A stretch of 64,000 bases of DNA from Mytilus edulis (lineage: Eukaryota). The notes under the pieces are model-generated. The model did not search any database. It worked only from the letters and a program-made list of their open reading frames with translations, and was not told where the DNA came from. The stretch covers positions 31,248,001 to 31,312,000 of the forward strand of contig NC_092352.1 in the NCBI RefSeq assembly GCF_963676685.1. The letters are read 5' to 3'. This document shows, one piece after another, positions 38,426-51,054 of the stretch (within the stretch, counting starts at the first letter, position 1; each line of letters begins with the position of its first letter). The position numbers and the translations under genes are program-made.

Positions 38426-40914
38426 GTCGTTATCATCATTTAATTATTTGTAAGTTGGATTTGTGCTTTTTTAAATCAAGACAACGGATCATTAAATCGC
38501 GATAACGAACATATTTAAAATCACGGGAAATAAATCGACCGAACGAGAAGAAAAAAATCGAAATAACATACAATTAAATTTGATAAACAACTGAATATGT
38601 CGAAATACCAGATAAGTTAATAATCGAGATAACGATTAACCAAATCAAGATACAGAATCACTTTTTGCATCTAGACGATTGGTTACTCCTGATAACGGAT
38701 ATAAATAAGTGATTGATTGATTGATTATTGGTTACTTAACGTCCAGTGGCAAATATTTCATGCATATTCAGGACGAGAAAAAGTTCACAATAAATACAAT
38801 AGGTAGGTCCTGTCACAATAAAGGCCATCTGGGATGATGGTCTTGGAAATTTGAACTGCCACTGGAAAATGAGGGTATATTGGATAGGGACAGAAATTTT
38901 GCCTTGCAACAGGCCACCTACGGACCCCCCAAAGAGTTGTTGCATGGGATAATTCGCGATTTTTCACTTTTCATCTTATTATGTTCATAATACCATAAAA
39001 AAACATATTCACCAAGTTTTATTTTGATATGAAAAGTAATAAAGAAGAAAATTGGGAATTATTAATTTTATTTCTTCAAACTTACTGACTTATGTGACGT
39101 AGTTTAAGTCTTTTTGCATGCCGGGAGTGAAATTAATATCATGTAAGTCTTGTACGTTAACCATCTAATAACGCTATTTAAAGCACATCGACGACTTTTG
39201 GTATTCTATTAACCAACGAAAATTAAGTGATAGCCATGCAACTTTTAAAATTAGAGTGTAGGATTTATGTGCGGATTTTTTTATACGAATTTAAGTAAAT
39301 AAAGTAAATAATACAATAGAACGTTTTTACGATTTTTTTCTACAAATACTTTAAACAAACATATGAAACTGACATGATCGATAGTGTATTAAAAAATACA
39401 TGTTTGTATTTTGAACTTTTTGCTTCATTCCAGCAAACATTTTCACTTGTACTGTGGAAATAAAATGTGTATTAATTTGTGACACTGAGTGAATGTTGAA
39501 TGCGTAGTTAAACTCAAGGTAATTAAAAGATTAGCATTATGTAATTCTAATCTTTCAATCTTCATTCAGTGACATCTAGGCGTCACGGTTCACCATTTCA
39601 GGTGTGAACAACATTTCGTATTAATGATATACGGGAGTCAGTTATAGTTTTAGACACAGAAATGCAAGAAAAAGAATTAAAATTAATGTACGGGAGTAAT
39701 AAGGTCGCACAATAATTGGATAGCTGTTGTATATTTTTATATATTTTGCATAAGCTCACTTTTAAATGAATTATGACTCCTGATTACTTTTAGGAATTAA
39801 TGTTCTCATCAAAATATTTTAAATCTCACAACGCATGAATACTTCACTATTTGAAAAAAAGATGTTTTAAAAATTGACAGGAAATTTAAGGCCGGATCTT
39901 CTTGGAATGGAATCGAAAAATTACGAATAGATATTCTTTTCGAGTGCATGTAAAAAACGTCAACCAAATTTATTCTTAATCGGGAACGTCCTGATTAAAA
40001 TAGTCTTCGTCTCACAACGTATTATTCTTTAGCTATTTGACCAACGATGTTTAAAAACAAAAGACAACGAATTTAATGTCATCTTTCCCTATTTTTGAAT
40101 GTAATTATAAGTCTGTTCAACTGGCAAAAATACCCCTAAAGCGGACAAGCAGTTTATTCTTTAAATTGATGTCATCGAATATCAAGAAAGAAAATAAATC
40201 CCGAAATTGATTTGAAACTTTAATCCTCAATAGTTTTCCTAGAAAATATTCACATCCCTTGGGGATTATTAGTGTACGTCCAGTTGCATATATATTACAT
40301 GAATGTCGGAACAATTGTGATGATGACGAATTTCTTCCTTTATTTGAGAACAATCTAATTGATATATAAATATGTGATTTTACTATGTTCATAACTTTGA
40401 TGAACCAAAGCAAGTTATATATCGACCTGTATTTAAATCAAATTCGTTCTCTTCTTCTTCTTTTGCTATACAATAGTCTATTACATACTGTTGGCATACG
40501 TGGACTAGTCTATAAATTTACAAAACTTTTACAACAATTTACACAAAATGTATGTTTCTTTCTTATGTTCAATGTATACATGTATATATCTTCAATTGCG
40601 ATACAGTTCCGAAACTTTCTGTTATCCAGTTGATAAACGTATCGTCGACAAGTGCGTACATTTTTTTAAATCAATATTTCTGGTATGTTCCAATCTGTCC
40701 TTTACTATTGACAACGAGTATATATACATGTAATATTACATTTTCCCAAATTAACCCTTGGAAACAATATGTAAATAGATTTTTATTTCTTCGTTTTTTT
40801 TGTTTGTTTTTTTGGTATTACATGTATCAAGGATTCGTCCTCAGTCAATATACTTCTTTCAGGTCAATATATCCTTGTATCGACCTCATATAAAGGCTAT
40901 ATTTGTATAATATC

Positions 40915-41745
40915 GTGATCCGATGGATAAATCTGTTGTAGAGTTTTCACTGGCTCAGACGTACTTATAAATATAATTATTTTCTGTGACTGTATCTTAC
41001 ATTAATTTGTAGGATCCTTTACTATAGATAATTTAGCTGATCTGTATTTATAACATCTCCATGCCTTATATATCATGTACTGTAGTACGACGCTAGATTA
41101 AAACTGAGGTGGAAAGGTAACACCTGGCCACCGAAAGCTTCATTTTACGAAGCCCAGGTGGTCGTGCGGTCTAGCAGGACGGCTACAGTGCAGGCAATTT
41201 GGTGTCACGATATCTCAGTAGCATGGGTTCGAATCCCGGCGAGGGAAGAACAAAAAAACAGATCTAACATTGTTGGGTTGATGTTTAGACGAGTTGTATA
41301 TACATAATGCACACAGCCATGTATCACCATCACTGCAGGTGATCCGATGGATAAATCTGTTGTAGAGTTGTCACTGGCTCAGACATAATTATAAATATAA
41401 TTATTTTATGTGACTGTATCTTACATTAATTTGTAGGATCCTTTACTATAGATAATTTAGCTGATCTGTAAAAATAACATCTTCATGCCTTATATATCAT
41501 GTACTGTAGTACGACGCTAGATTAAAACTGACGTGGAAAAGTAACACCCGGCCACCGAAAGCTTCATTTTATGAAGCCCAGGTGGTCGTGTGGTCTAGCG
41601 GGACGGCTACAGTGCAGGCGATTTGGTGTCACGATATCTCAGTAGCATGGGTTCGAATCCCAGCGAGGGAAGAACAAAGAATTTGCGAAAGCAAATTTAC
41701 AGATCTAACATAGTTGGGTTGATGTTTTGGCGAGTTGTATACATA
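40915..41745 (+). mobile_element. tRNA-derived (SINE-like) tandem repeat, 424-bp unit x about 2
   Basis: A box (GGTGGTCGTGYGGTCTAG) and B box (GGTTCGAATCC) in heads at 41152..41245 and 41576..41669; ends in (TA)n. Confidence 0.8.
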
Positions 41746-42602
41746 TATATATATATATATCAATGAAGAGACATTATTTGTCAAAATCCGGATATGGTGT
41801 AAAAAAAAAGCACCTCATGTTGTGTTTTAACATCTTTGTCGCAAGTTTATTGTTTTCTACTTGATATTAAATTAATATAGAGATTTATTTTGTTACACCT
41901 TGTGATCAATTTAATAGGCAATCGTCAATGACAGTCAGCAGGGTTTAAGCACTTTAATTGTTCGACCGTTAGTCAAATGCGTTTTGTAAAAATATTTTTT
42001 TTACTCTTTTGGTCTTTTGGAACATGTTGCTTATGCTGAATTTAGAACCCTCGTACTCGAAATTTGATACATGCACACGTATAAAAATTGCGGTTTTTAT
42101 CCAAATTTTATGACGTTTGAAGGTCAGAGAAATCTTATTAGGATGTCTTTATTAAATAATATAAAGATCTGGTAATAGTGCTTTTTACGCTTTTACTATT
42201 GGATTTTATGTGTTTTTTTTTTATGTGAAAGTGACATTTCATGTCTCAAATTCGTTGTATTGTTATAGCTGATATCTAAACTGTAAGATAATAAAAGTAC
42301 GATGTTTGTTTATTTTCTTAAAAAGCAGAAATGCATAGAATACACAAAACATGTTTAAGCTCTCTTTAATAATTCAAACTTTTCTTTAAGTTCCCTCCAT
42401 AGAGGATACATCGTAGAAATGAAAAGTATGGTACATTTTAAAACAATAAGTCTCATTAAAAGCCTTTCTGGATTTTTTTTTCTTCGAAGTTTATTAGAGA
42501 ATTTAATGCAAAGTGAAAATAGAATGCAAATAAAATCTTAGTTCTCTTTTCCGAGTAATATACAACCAGAACAGATTAAAAATCACATTCACAAACAGAA
42601 AT

Positions 42603-44009
42603 TCAGACATATCCCCCTTCCTTCAACATTGGATTCAAAAATACGTATGCAAGGTATGAATGGACAGCTATCGTTGCAAGGAACAGTAAATAATCAAAAG
42701 CCCGCGAAACTGTTACCCAGGTCATTTCTTCTGGAACCCTACAAAACCAGCAACGTTCTGAGCATGTCAACTTCTTTGTATACGGTGGTGGTTCTTCGAT
42801 TTCTTCACGTTTCTTCCATTTGTCCCATTTTACATTTGAGACCCCAAACTTGTGTTCTTGTGGTAGGTAGTAGACATCAAATTTTCGTTTTTTATCTGCA
42901 AAGTCATATGACGAAATAGATATACCATCTGGGTGAATCGTTGCTTTCTTTTCCCGCTTACATCTGCATACCATGCAACACATTGTACCAACTATGAACG
43001 CTACAACAGACGGTACTTTAAGGTCAACAGTCTTAAGATGTTGTCTGACAGTAAAAATAGAAATTATTGTTATTACACCACTAAAGGCCATTAAAATCAC
43101 GATATACAGTGACAAGGTAGACAGCGGATTAGATGTTCTAGGAAGATTATCACCAATAATTGTCAGAAAAACTGAGAATGTTAAATAAACAGTCATAGAA
43201 AAACCTACTCTACCATGATCTATTGGCATGAGGAATGCAAATCCATTTATGATTCCCAATAACAAAATAGGTGCAGCTAAAACTATTACAAAATACGTAG
43301 AACGACGCTTTAAGTGAATAGTAAACGACACATAGGTAGCTTTGCTTGTTGACTTAGTGCTTACTGTTGTAGTATTCATATCCCAGACAATGTTTTGAGC
43401 GAAGTCTGTCGTGTCAAGACTTGTAGAAGTAGTGGAAAGTGCTAATTCTTCCGGTGAATAATCAAGGTGCGACATATCAAATGAACATGTCTGTGAATCA
43501 AACGGAAAAAGTTCGATATTCACATCACAACCAGCCTTAATGATAAAAGCAGGCTTCCAGGTATGGGTGCCGTCAAATCTCACGTCAATTAGATCATTGT
43601 TAGTCCCAACGACGGAAAGCTGATCAACGCCATTGTACGTGTATATCGGTGGATACCAAAGATCAGACCGGGGTATTTTTGCTGTAGTGATGACATCTAT
43701 AACTCCCACTGGTTTTTCGGTCCATGTTAGAATTTCACTTTTCCAGGAAATTATGAAATTACCCACTAAGGTTATTGTTCCATCCCTATCAGAGAATTCT
43801 TGTATGTTGTCAAGTTTCATTGAAATACTCACATTAAGCTGGTCGGACTGGTTGTTCATAGGGAAACTAAGTTTGTTATAATCAGCAAATATCTTATTGT
43901 AAAAGAACTGCCAGTCTGATGCTAAAGTAACTCCGTTTGCAGTTTGGAAACATAACAAAAAGATGAAAAATCCTCCAAAGTTGAACGGTGATAATTTCTT
44001 GTCCGCCAT
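42603..44009 (-). CDS. nAChR-like non-alpha subunit (gene 7), single-exon CDS
   Basis: CDVNIELFPFDSQTC; four TMs; M1-M2 linker PIDHGRVGF without the -1' Glu. Confidence 0.93.
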   Translation of the reverse strand: MADKKLSPFNFGGFFIFLLCFQTANGVTLASDWQFFYNKIFADYNKLSFPMNNQSDQLNVSISMKLDNIQEFSDRDGTITLVGNFIISWKSEILTWTEKPVGVIDVITTAKIPRSDLWYPPIYTYNGVDQLSVVGTNNDLIDVRFDGTHTWKPAFIIKAGCDVNIELFPFDSQTCSFDMSHLDYSPEELALSTTSTSLDTTDFAQNIVWDMNTTTVSTKSTSKATYVSFTIHLKRRSTYFVIVLAAPILLLGIINGFAFLMPIDHGRVGFSMTVYLTFSVFLTIIGDNLPRTSNPLSTLSLYIVILMAFSGVITIISIFTVRQHLKTVDLKVPSVVAFIVGTMCCMVCRCKREKKATIHPDGISISSYDFADKKRKFDVYYLPQEHKFGVSNVKWDKWKKREEIEEPPPYTKKLTCSERCWFCRVPEEMTWVTVSRAFDYLLFLATIAVHSYLAYVFLNPMLKEGGYV

Positions 44010-44392
44010 GTTGATGTATAATTAAAACATTTGGCAAAACATCTCTTGTTATAGTTGAACTCCATATCTGATCAGGTGTAATTATTTGTAATCAACTCGA
44101 AAACAAAAGATTTATTTAAATGATGTTTTTGAATAACAATACAACAAATGTATTAGTTTTAATTCAGCATTTTAAAGTTGTTCATCATATTAAAGCTGTG
44201 CATGTATGTTAAACATAGAGCCGGGTGATATAATTTCGTTAGCAGAATAGAAGGTTTAATGATTAAACGAAAGACATTATTTGATGTTTGTCATTTCACC
44301 TTTTTTTATTTGATCCATAATAAAAACAAGTATAGGCACACCCAGTGCTTCAATCTTTTGACTAGACATAAACTTGAATTATATTTTATTAC

Positions 44393-47300
44393 GGGTGTTG
44401 CTAAACGGCGGAAACGGAAAACGGAACGGAATACGGAACGGAAACGGAAAACGGAAACAGGAAGAATTAACATCTTTTCTTTTTGGTTATTTTATCTACA
44501 TAGTCATGTTTTATATAGTATACACATGTTCAAAAGAAAAAAAAAACCAGGGGAATAAATTTAAAATAAAAGATTTTAAGCAAAAAGTATTGAAATAACT
44601 ACCAGAAGATGTGACTATGTTTTTGAAATATTTGATAAGGTCATGTGTAATCGTTCGTGCGATTCAGGATAGTCTGTTCGAATAAATCCTTTGCATCATT
44701 TTTTTCTGTGCTTCTTTTTTAATTGCCTTGATTCAAGATTAGTGATGTGGTGTATCTTGTTGCGTTGTTCTGCAAGTGGCTGCTAGCTTGAGCTTGGTTG
44801 TTCTGCACTGGTGCTTTTCGTTGTATCTTTTCTTGTATAATGCGGGAAAGAAAACGTAAAAGAAACAGGACAATGGTGTATGGACAAAATCCGATATGGA
44901 AACCAGGGAACTAGAATAGAAACTTGTATGTACTTTATTTTTAAGAAAAAAAAAATATGACAAAATCTCTCACTACACAAAGCCTTTCTCACCCTTTTAC
45001 AATACTCAAGGATTTGTATAGTAAATCCTTGCAATACTGAAGCATGCTGTTTGGTATTTACATAGGAAAAGCATTATATCCTCTAGAATTTAAATCAATA
45101 AATATGAATTGATGTGCAAAAAGTGGCGAACAATTAGTAGCCTACATGGATATAAACGATTTGCACAGTGCCCTCACCAAGTTAGTCGTAGTAATATCCT
45201 AAGGTTTTCAAAATCAAATTGTCCACGCTGCTTTAAATATCATGCCGCTTAATTCTGCTCTGAAAACTTAATTCCTCTCAAGCAGCCGTGACTTTTATTT
45301 CATAATATTACAATTGCAAATAGTGTCACTCATTCAGTATGCTGTTTTACTATAGTAGAAAACATACAAAGATAGGCGAAAAATACCAAAGAGTTATTCA
45401 AGCTCAAAAGTCGAAAACAAACCGTCAAAGCCATGACTAAAAAAGAAAAGGTCAAAAAGACCAAAAGACAAACAGACAAACAATTGTACACAAAATGCAA
45501 CATATAAACTAAAGGCTGAGCAACACGAACCTCACCAAAAACTTGGGGTGATCTCAGCTGCTCCGGAAGGGTATATAGATCCAGCTTCACATGTGACACC
45601 CGTTAATATAGATATACATTCACACAAAAGGAATATTGAAATTTGAAAAGAACTTTTATTTATATTGGTAGTCTTTAGTGATTTTGATGCTATGTCAAGA
45701 AAACTGAAAACTCATTCTGTTCTGTCCTTTTTTTTATGACGGAAATGATACTTTATTTCACACTACGCATCTGCTCGTTTGGATGTTTCTACTAGCCATA
45801 CACACGATTTTCCAAGATATCACTGATATCATTTACTAAATAACACCTGACCCGATTTTCCAAGATATCGCTATTATCATTTACTAAATAACACCTGACC
45901 CGATTTTCCAAGATATCACTGATATCATTTACTAAATAACACCTGACCCAGAACATTTCCTTGAGATCCCCAGAATCAACGGCATGTTGGACCTGTTTGA
46001 TGTTGTTAAATTTACCACAACTCTTTGCTTGCGTACGGCCTTCAACAATGAACAAAGCCCATACCACATAGTCAGCTATAAAAGGTCCCGAAATAACAAT
46101 TTTAAAGAATTCAAACGAGAAAGCTAACGGCCTTATTTATGTACAAAAGACAGGCAGCCTGTAATTCAGTGGTTGTCGTTTGTTTATGCGTTACATATTT
46201 GTTTTTCGTTCACTTTTTTTATATAAATAAGGCCGTTAGTTTTCTCGTTTGAATTGTTTTACATTGTCATAACGGGGCCTTTTATAGCTGACTATGCGCT
46301 ATGGGCTTTGCTCAATGTTCAAGGCCGTATGGTGACCTATAGTTGTTAATGTCTGTCATTTTGGTCTATTGTGGCAGTTGTCTCATTGGCAATCATACCA
46401 CATCTTCTTTTTTTATACATACATACAGAACGTGGCGGGGTTAGACATGTTAGCAGGATCCCAACCCTCCCCTAACCTGGGACAGTGGTATAACATAACA
46501 ACATAAGAACGAACTATAAAAATCAGTTGAAAAGGCTTATCGCATCAAATAAACACAAGTACAAGTGGACGTGGCCGGGTACTTGTACATTCCCATAACA
46601 AAAAGATACTAGGTACAGATCTGAGAGTACTCGCAGTTAACTGACAGCTAGTTCAAAGCCACTAACAACTAACAAAAAGATCATGCATCTAAGACGTAAA
46701 GCATTGGTGATATTATATTATCTAGACGGTAACGCATTATGTTGGACTATACTATATGTTGCAGCATCTGGATGCAGAGAATGCATGTTTGAGACACTTA
46801 ATTAGCGGAAATGCACAAATGTCTCCTGTTGTTTATTCATCAGGTATTGCACTAGTATTGATGATTGTTAAAAAAAGTGAATAATAATATGATAGCTGCT
46901 ATTCATTCTCTATTTTTAAGGTCTATTTTTTTTACATTCTATGGCCTTTTTCTTCTGGCCCTCATACTTTTTTATGTATTGAATCAATATTCTAATTTTG
47001 TTCTTGCCCAAACTTAAGTTATTATGTCTTTCCATTTTGGATGTAACGGTTTATTTAGTGGTACATATTTAGTTGATGTCTTCTTAGTTGATACAAATAT
47101 AGTAAAATGTTCATTCAATGTCTTTTGCTCTGTCATGGTCGTTTTCTGCTGGTTCTAAGATCTGCTTTAGTCTTTAGTGGTATACTTTGAGAGAGTTCTT
47201 TTTTTATATGACCTGGCCTGGCTAAGTGAGCTTTTCTCGTCACTTGGCGTTCGTCTTCCGATTTCGTCTTTGTTAACTTTTACAAAACTTCGCAGTCTCT

Positions 47301-48159
47301 GAAACTACTGGGCCAAATGTTATTGCACATTTGTCTTTTAGGGAGTCGCCTGATAGTCTTGGTTAAACTTTGCAACAATTACCATTGGTGTATCTAGTTT
47401 AGAAACTGTATTGGATAACCCTGCCTGTCCGCCAAGCCGATATAGCTAAAATTAAAACATAGGGATAACATGCAAGTGCTGTCTATTAAAAAAACGCTAT
47501 GAATAACGAAAACCTGATGTGAAAAACATGTCTAATCTGACATCGGACTCGGACTTCTTTTAAAATGAGTTTTCCTGTGTGTATTGCTTCATATGTAGTT
47601 TATTCTTCATTTGCTAGAGGTATAGGGGAGGGTTGGGATCTCACAAAACATGTTTAACCCGCCGCATTTTGCGCCTGCCCCAAGTCAGAAACCTCTGGCC
47701 TTTGTTAGTCTTGTGTTTTTTCTAATTTTTATCTCATTTATATGTTTTGGAGTTTAGTGTGACGCCCATTTTCACTGAACTAGTACACAATTTTATTTAG
47801 GGGCCAGCTGATACCACCTCCGGTTGCGGGATTTTCTCGCTGCATTTACGACCCATTGGTGGCCTTCGGATGTTGTCTGCTCTTTGGTCGGGTTGTTGCC
47901 TCTTTGGCATATTCCCCGTTTTCATTCTCATGACTTCTTATAGGAGTTATCGACCCTATATTACGAATTTCCTCACTCGCATGTTCGCCTGTTACATTGA
48001 AATATATGATAAATAGATAGAAACTTTAAATAGCAAAATTTACCAGCAAGACAAGATCTATTGATTTTCATAGTTCTTTGTTTCCACCCTTAAATTCCGT
48101 CTATATAAATGATATTTCCGTTTCCGTTTCCGTTCCGTTTCCGCCGTTTAGCAACACCC
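44393..48159. mobile_element. Non-autonomous MULE-type element with nested repeats
   Basis: TIR GGGTGTTGCTAAACGGCGGAAACGGAA with subterminal ACGGAA repeats; 9-bp TSD TTTTATTAC at 44384..44392 and 48160..48168. Confidence 0.88.
45805..45948. repeat. 48-bp tandem repeat x3
   Basis: Unit CGATTTTCCAAGATATCACTGATATCATTTACTAAATAACACCTGACC. Confidence 0.9.
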
Positions 48160-48917
48160 TTTTATTACTTCTATTTCATCAATTTATACTGACATAATGT
48201 ATAGCATGTTTTCCCTAAAGTCTCCGTTGACGAATTATGAAAAATGGACTTTCTAAAACGGCAATAAGTGAAACAATATTGACAAAAAATGACATGAGGA
48301 AATCAAAACAACAACGCACCACCACAACAACAGTCATAGCAAAATTAGGACCACAATTAACCAGAATTAAGCATACGCAAATTTTTTAGGTACTTTTTCA
48401 AAATCAAAACTGTTTGCAATTTATCAGTTTACAACGAATTTTTTTTTAAAATAAACTCGACAAAACTATTTACTTGCCTGCGATTTCAAGAATTTCTAGC
48501 TGTATATTCTCCTATTTATAATGACTTGTGTGCCGGCTTGTTGACAGTGACGTAGGATTACAAACCATTATTGTTTTTGGATATCAGAAATGTAATACTT
48601 CCCATGTGTAAGCTACCATCTGATCCTTTTACGGATATTTTTCTGGTATTTTTTTGGTTATTTTTTTACGATGTTGTATTTATCTGCATTTTGGCAGCTG
48701 TTTGACCCCAAAAGGATTTATCAATTTAACCCTTTTTATTTTCACTTAGAAAAACTTTGTTTTTGTTAATAGAGAAACCTATGATACAACTTTTAAATAC
48801 TATTGTACACCTTATGAATGTTTTTGCAATTTTGTCCTATAATATTCGTTTGGTCCTTTTTTGTGCATATCTCTTCATAGTTTTTATAAGCTTTGGATCT
48901 TCAAATATTTTGGCCTC

Positions 48918-48964
48918 GAGCATCACTGAAGAGACATTGATTGTCAAAATGCGAATTGGATGCG
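48918..48964 (+). pseudogene. Degenerate hammerhead of a second family (CTGAAGA core)
   Basis: GCATCA-CTGAAGA-GACA ttgat TGTC-AAAA (GAAA mutated); a related remnant lies at about 41760..41800. Confidence 0.55.
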
Positions 48965-48997
48965 AAAATTTGGTACCGTTTGTGTTATAACATAATT

Positions 48998-49115
48998 CAT
49001 TTGCCAAGAAAAATTTCAGACTGGGTTATACGTTGCATCTATTTTAGAGAACATGTCTCCATTATCTAGAACAGATGCAACGTATAACTCATTCTAAAAT
49101 ATTTCTTGGCAAATG
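48998..49115. repeat. Long imperfect palindrome (arms of about 51 bp)
   Basis: CATTTGCCAAGAAA...GTTATACGTTGCATCT / AGATGCAACGTATAAC...TTTCTTGGCAAATG. Confidence 0.85.
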
Positions 49116-49503
49116 ATGGGTGCACTTTTAGAGAGTTTTCAGTGCCTGTATTTCATATAATTATATATTTTGTGCTATAGCGCTAACAGTTAAATGATAT
49201 TTACTCGTTTTCTAGACAATTAAATAAATGGATAGCTAACCATATGTTATTTTAGCACATTGTGTTGTCTTGACGTTTTATAGTATATCGCAAACAGTCT
49301 GCTTGTCAGTCAGAACACGTGTCCAGATAATTTAAAAGTACTCATATTCGTTTTGAAATTTTTACATACTGCTTTCCACAACGAAGAATATATCAAATTT
49401 ATTTCACTTTATTTGAATTGTCTGTTTTCATGTTTGTCGCTTCATTTATGTACCTTAATGGTTTAAAGTTGTAGCTTTTTTTTTTCATTGAAAGCTGCTT
49501 TAA

Positions 49504-49711
49504 GGAGGTAGACTTAGGTTAAGGGAAATAACTCCTAAAATCATCAGTACGTTTGTGTCAACCATTTTCAAAAACATATTCTAAGCTTCTAGGTTACATA
49601 GATTATTTTTAATCTGTTTCAGGTAAATGCTTAAAAAACATTGATGAACTTGACTTTTACAAACGCTTAACTGATTTAAAGAGTTATCTCCCTGAACCAA
49701 GGTCTACCCCC
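49504..49711. mobile_element. Kolobok-like MITE
   Basis: About 31-bp imperfect TIR GGRGGTAGAC...ATAACTC; TTAA TSD; GG...CC termini. Confidence 0.75.
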
Positions 49712-49732
49712 TTAAACGAACAATACGAATAC

Positions 49733-50278
49733 GGAAAAGACACTCTTACACCACAGTTATAAACTGTAATACAAGATGGAAAAGACACTCTTACACCACA
49801 GTTATAAACTGTAATACAAGATGGAAAAGACACTCTTACACCACAGTTATAAACTGTAATGCAAGATGGAAAAGACACTCTTACACCACAGTTATAAACT
49901 GTAATACAAGATGGAAAAGACACTCTTACACCACAGTTATAAACTGTAATACAAGATGGAAAAGACACTCTTACACCACAGTTATAAACTGTAATACAAG
50001 ATGGAAAAGACACTCTTACACCACAGTTATAAACTGTAATACAAGATGGAAAAGACACTCCTACACCACAGTTATAAACTGTAATACAAGATGGAAAAGA
50101 CACTCTTACACCACAGTTATAAACTGTAATACAAGATGGAAAAGACACTCTTACACCACAGTTATAAACTGTAATACAAGATGGAAAAGACACTCTTACA
50201 CCACAGTTATAAACTGTAATACAAGATGGAAAAGACACTCTTACACCACAGTTATAAACTGTAATACAAGATGGAAAA
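49733..50278. repeat. 45-bp minisatellite x12, nearly homogeneous
   Basis: Unit GGAAAAGACACTCTTACACCACAGTTATAAACTGTAATACAAGAT. Confidence 0.95.
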
Positions 50279-51054
50279 TAACTAAATAAAAAAATATTGT
50301 TTGTATTGAAATCATGGCTTGTAATACAATGAAAATGAATCGCAAATTTGCTCCACATATATTCTTTGATTTAGTCACTAATTTTGTATCAAATCAAGAC
50401 AAAAGAATGTTCAATCGTTTGAAATATATATTTCTCTCACATGTACGACCTTCTACATTGTTAAATACGGCACGAAACGAGATGAGCAATTTAATTGTTT
50501 GGTATTTGTTTTGTGTCTTTCTCCACTGAACCAGAAGTATCAATGTTATCGACGGTGTAGGGGATATCATTGCATATCTCTGTGTCAAAAACTAAATAAA
50601 ACAATAGTACTTTAATTGTATAGTGACGTATATTTGATATTTTATTATCGTGTTGTACGAAACAATGAGGTAATCGAACTGGTCCTAAAATTAAAATACC
50701 ATTGTTTAAGAACCACCATGGTTTTATATCAATTGGTGTTTACTTAATGACGTCCATTGTCATAACATTCAAAACAAATAGTTATAACTGTAGAAATTTC
50801 AGTGTAAATGTTATACTGGGCACGTGTATTATTTGATTTTGATATACATTGTAATAAACAAATAGATTTAAAAAATAAAAGAACGAAAAAGCAAACTAGC
50901 ATAATTTAAAGGCACCATCCATATAATAGGACAAAGGTTCAAAAAGAAAAAAATGTGAGAGGGACAGAAAGAATAAACATAAAAATCATCAAGAGTAGAC
51001 TATAAAAATGGTTTTCTGTATATTTTATAATTTTTCTTTTAATAAGACATTAAT

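Noticed and set aside
41528-41587. Canonical hammerhead, twister, pistol or HDV ribozyme in the 424-bp unit (CTGAC...CGAAA; TAACAC; possible CACCTGG/CCAGGTG pseudoknot)
   Set aside because: No A9, no NUH triplet, no stem I, no twister P1 and no HDV P3. The pseudoknot is broken in copy 2 and absent in the diverged copy.
41152-41669. Functional tRNA genes
   Set aside because: A and B boxes are present, but there is no proper acceptor or anticodon stem and the heads are embedded in a repeat.
49684-50358. 224-aa ORF with (FPSCITVYNCGVRVS)n
   Set aside because: Artefact of a stop-free 45-bp minisatellite; it runs into a MITE end.
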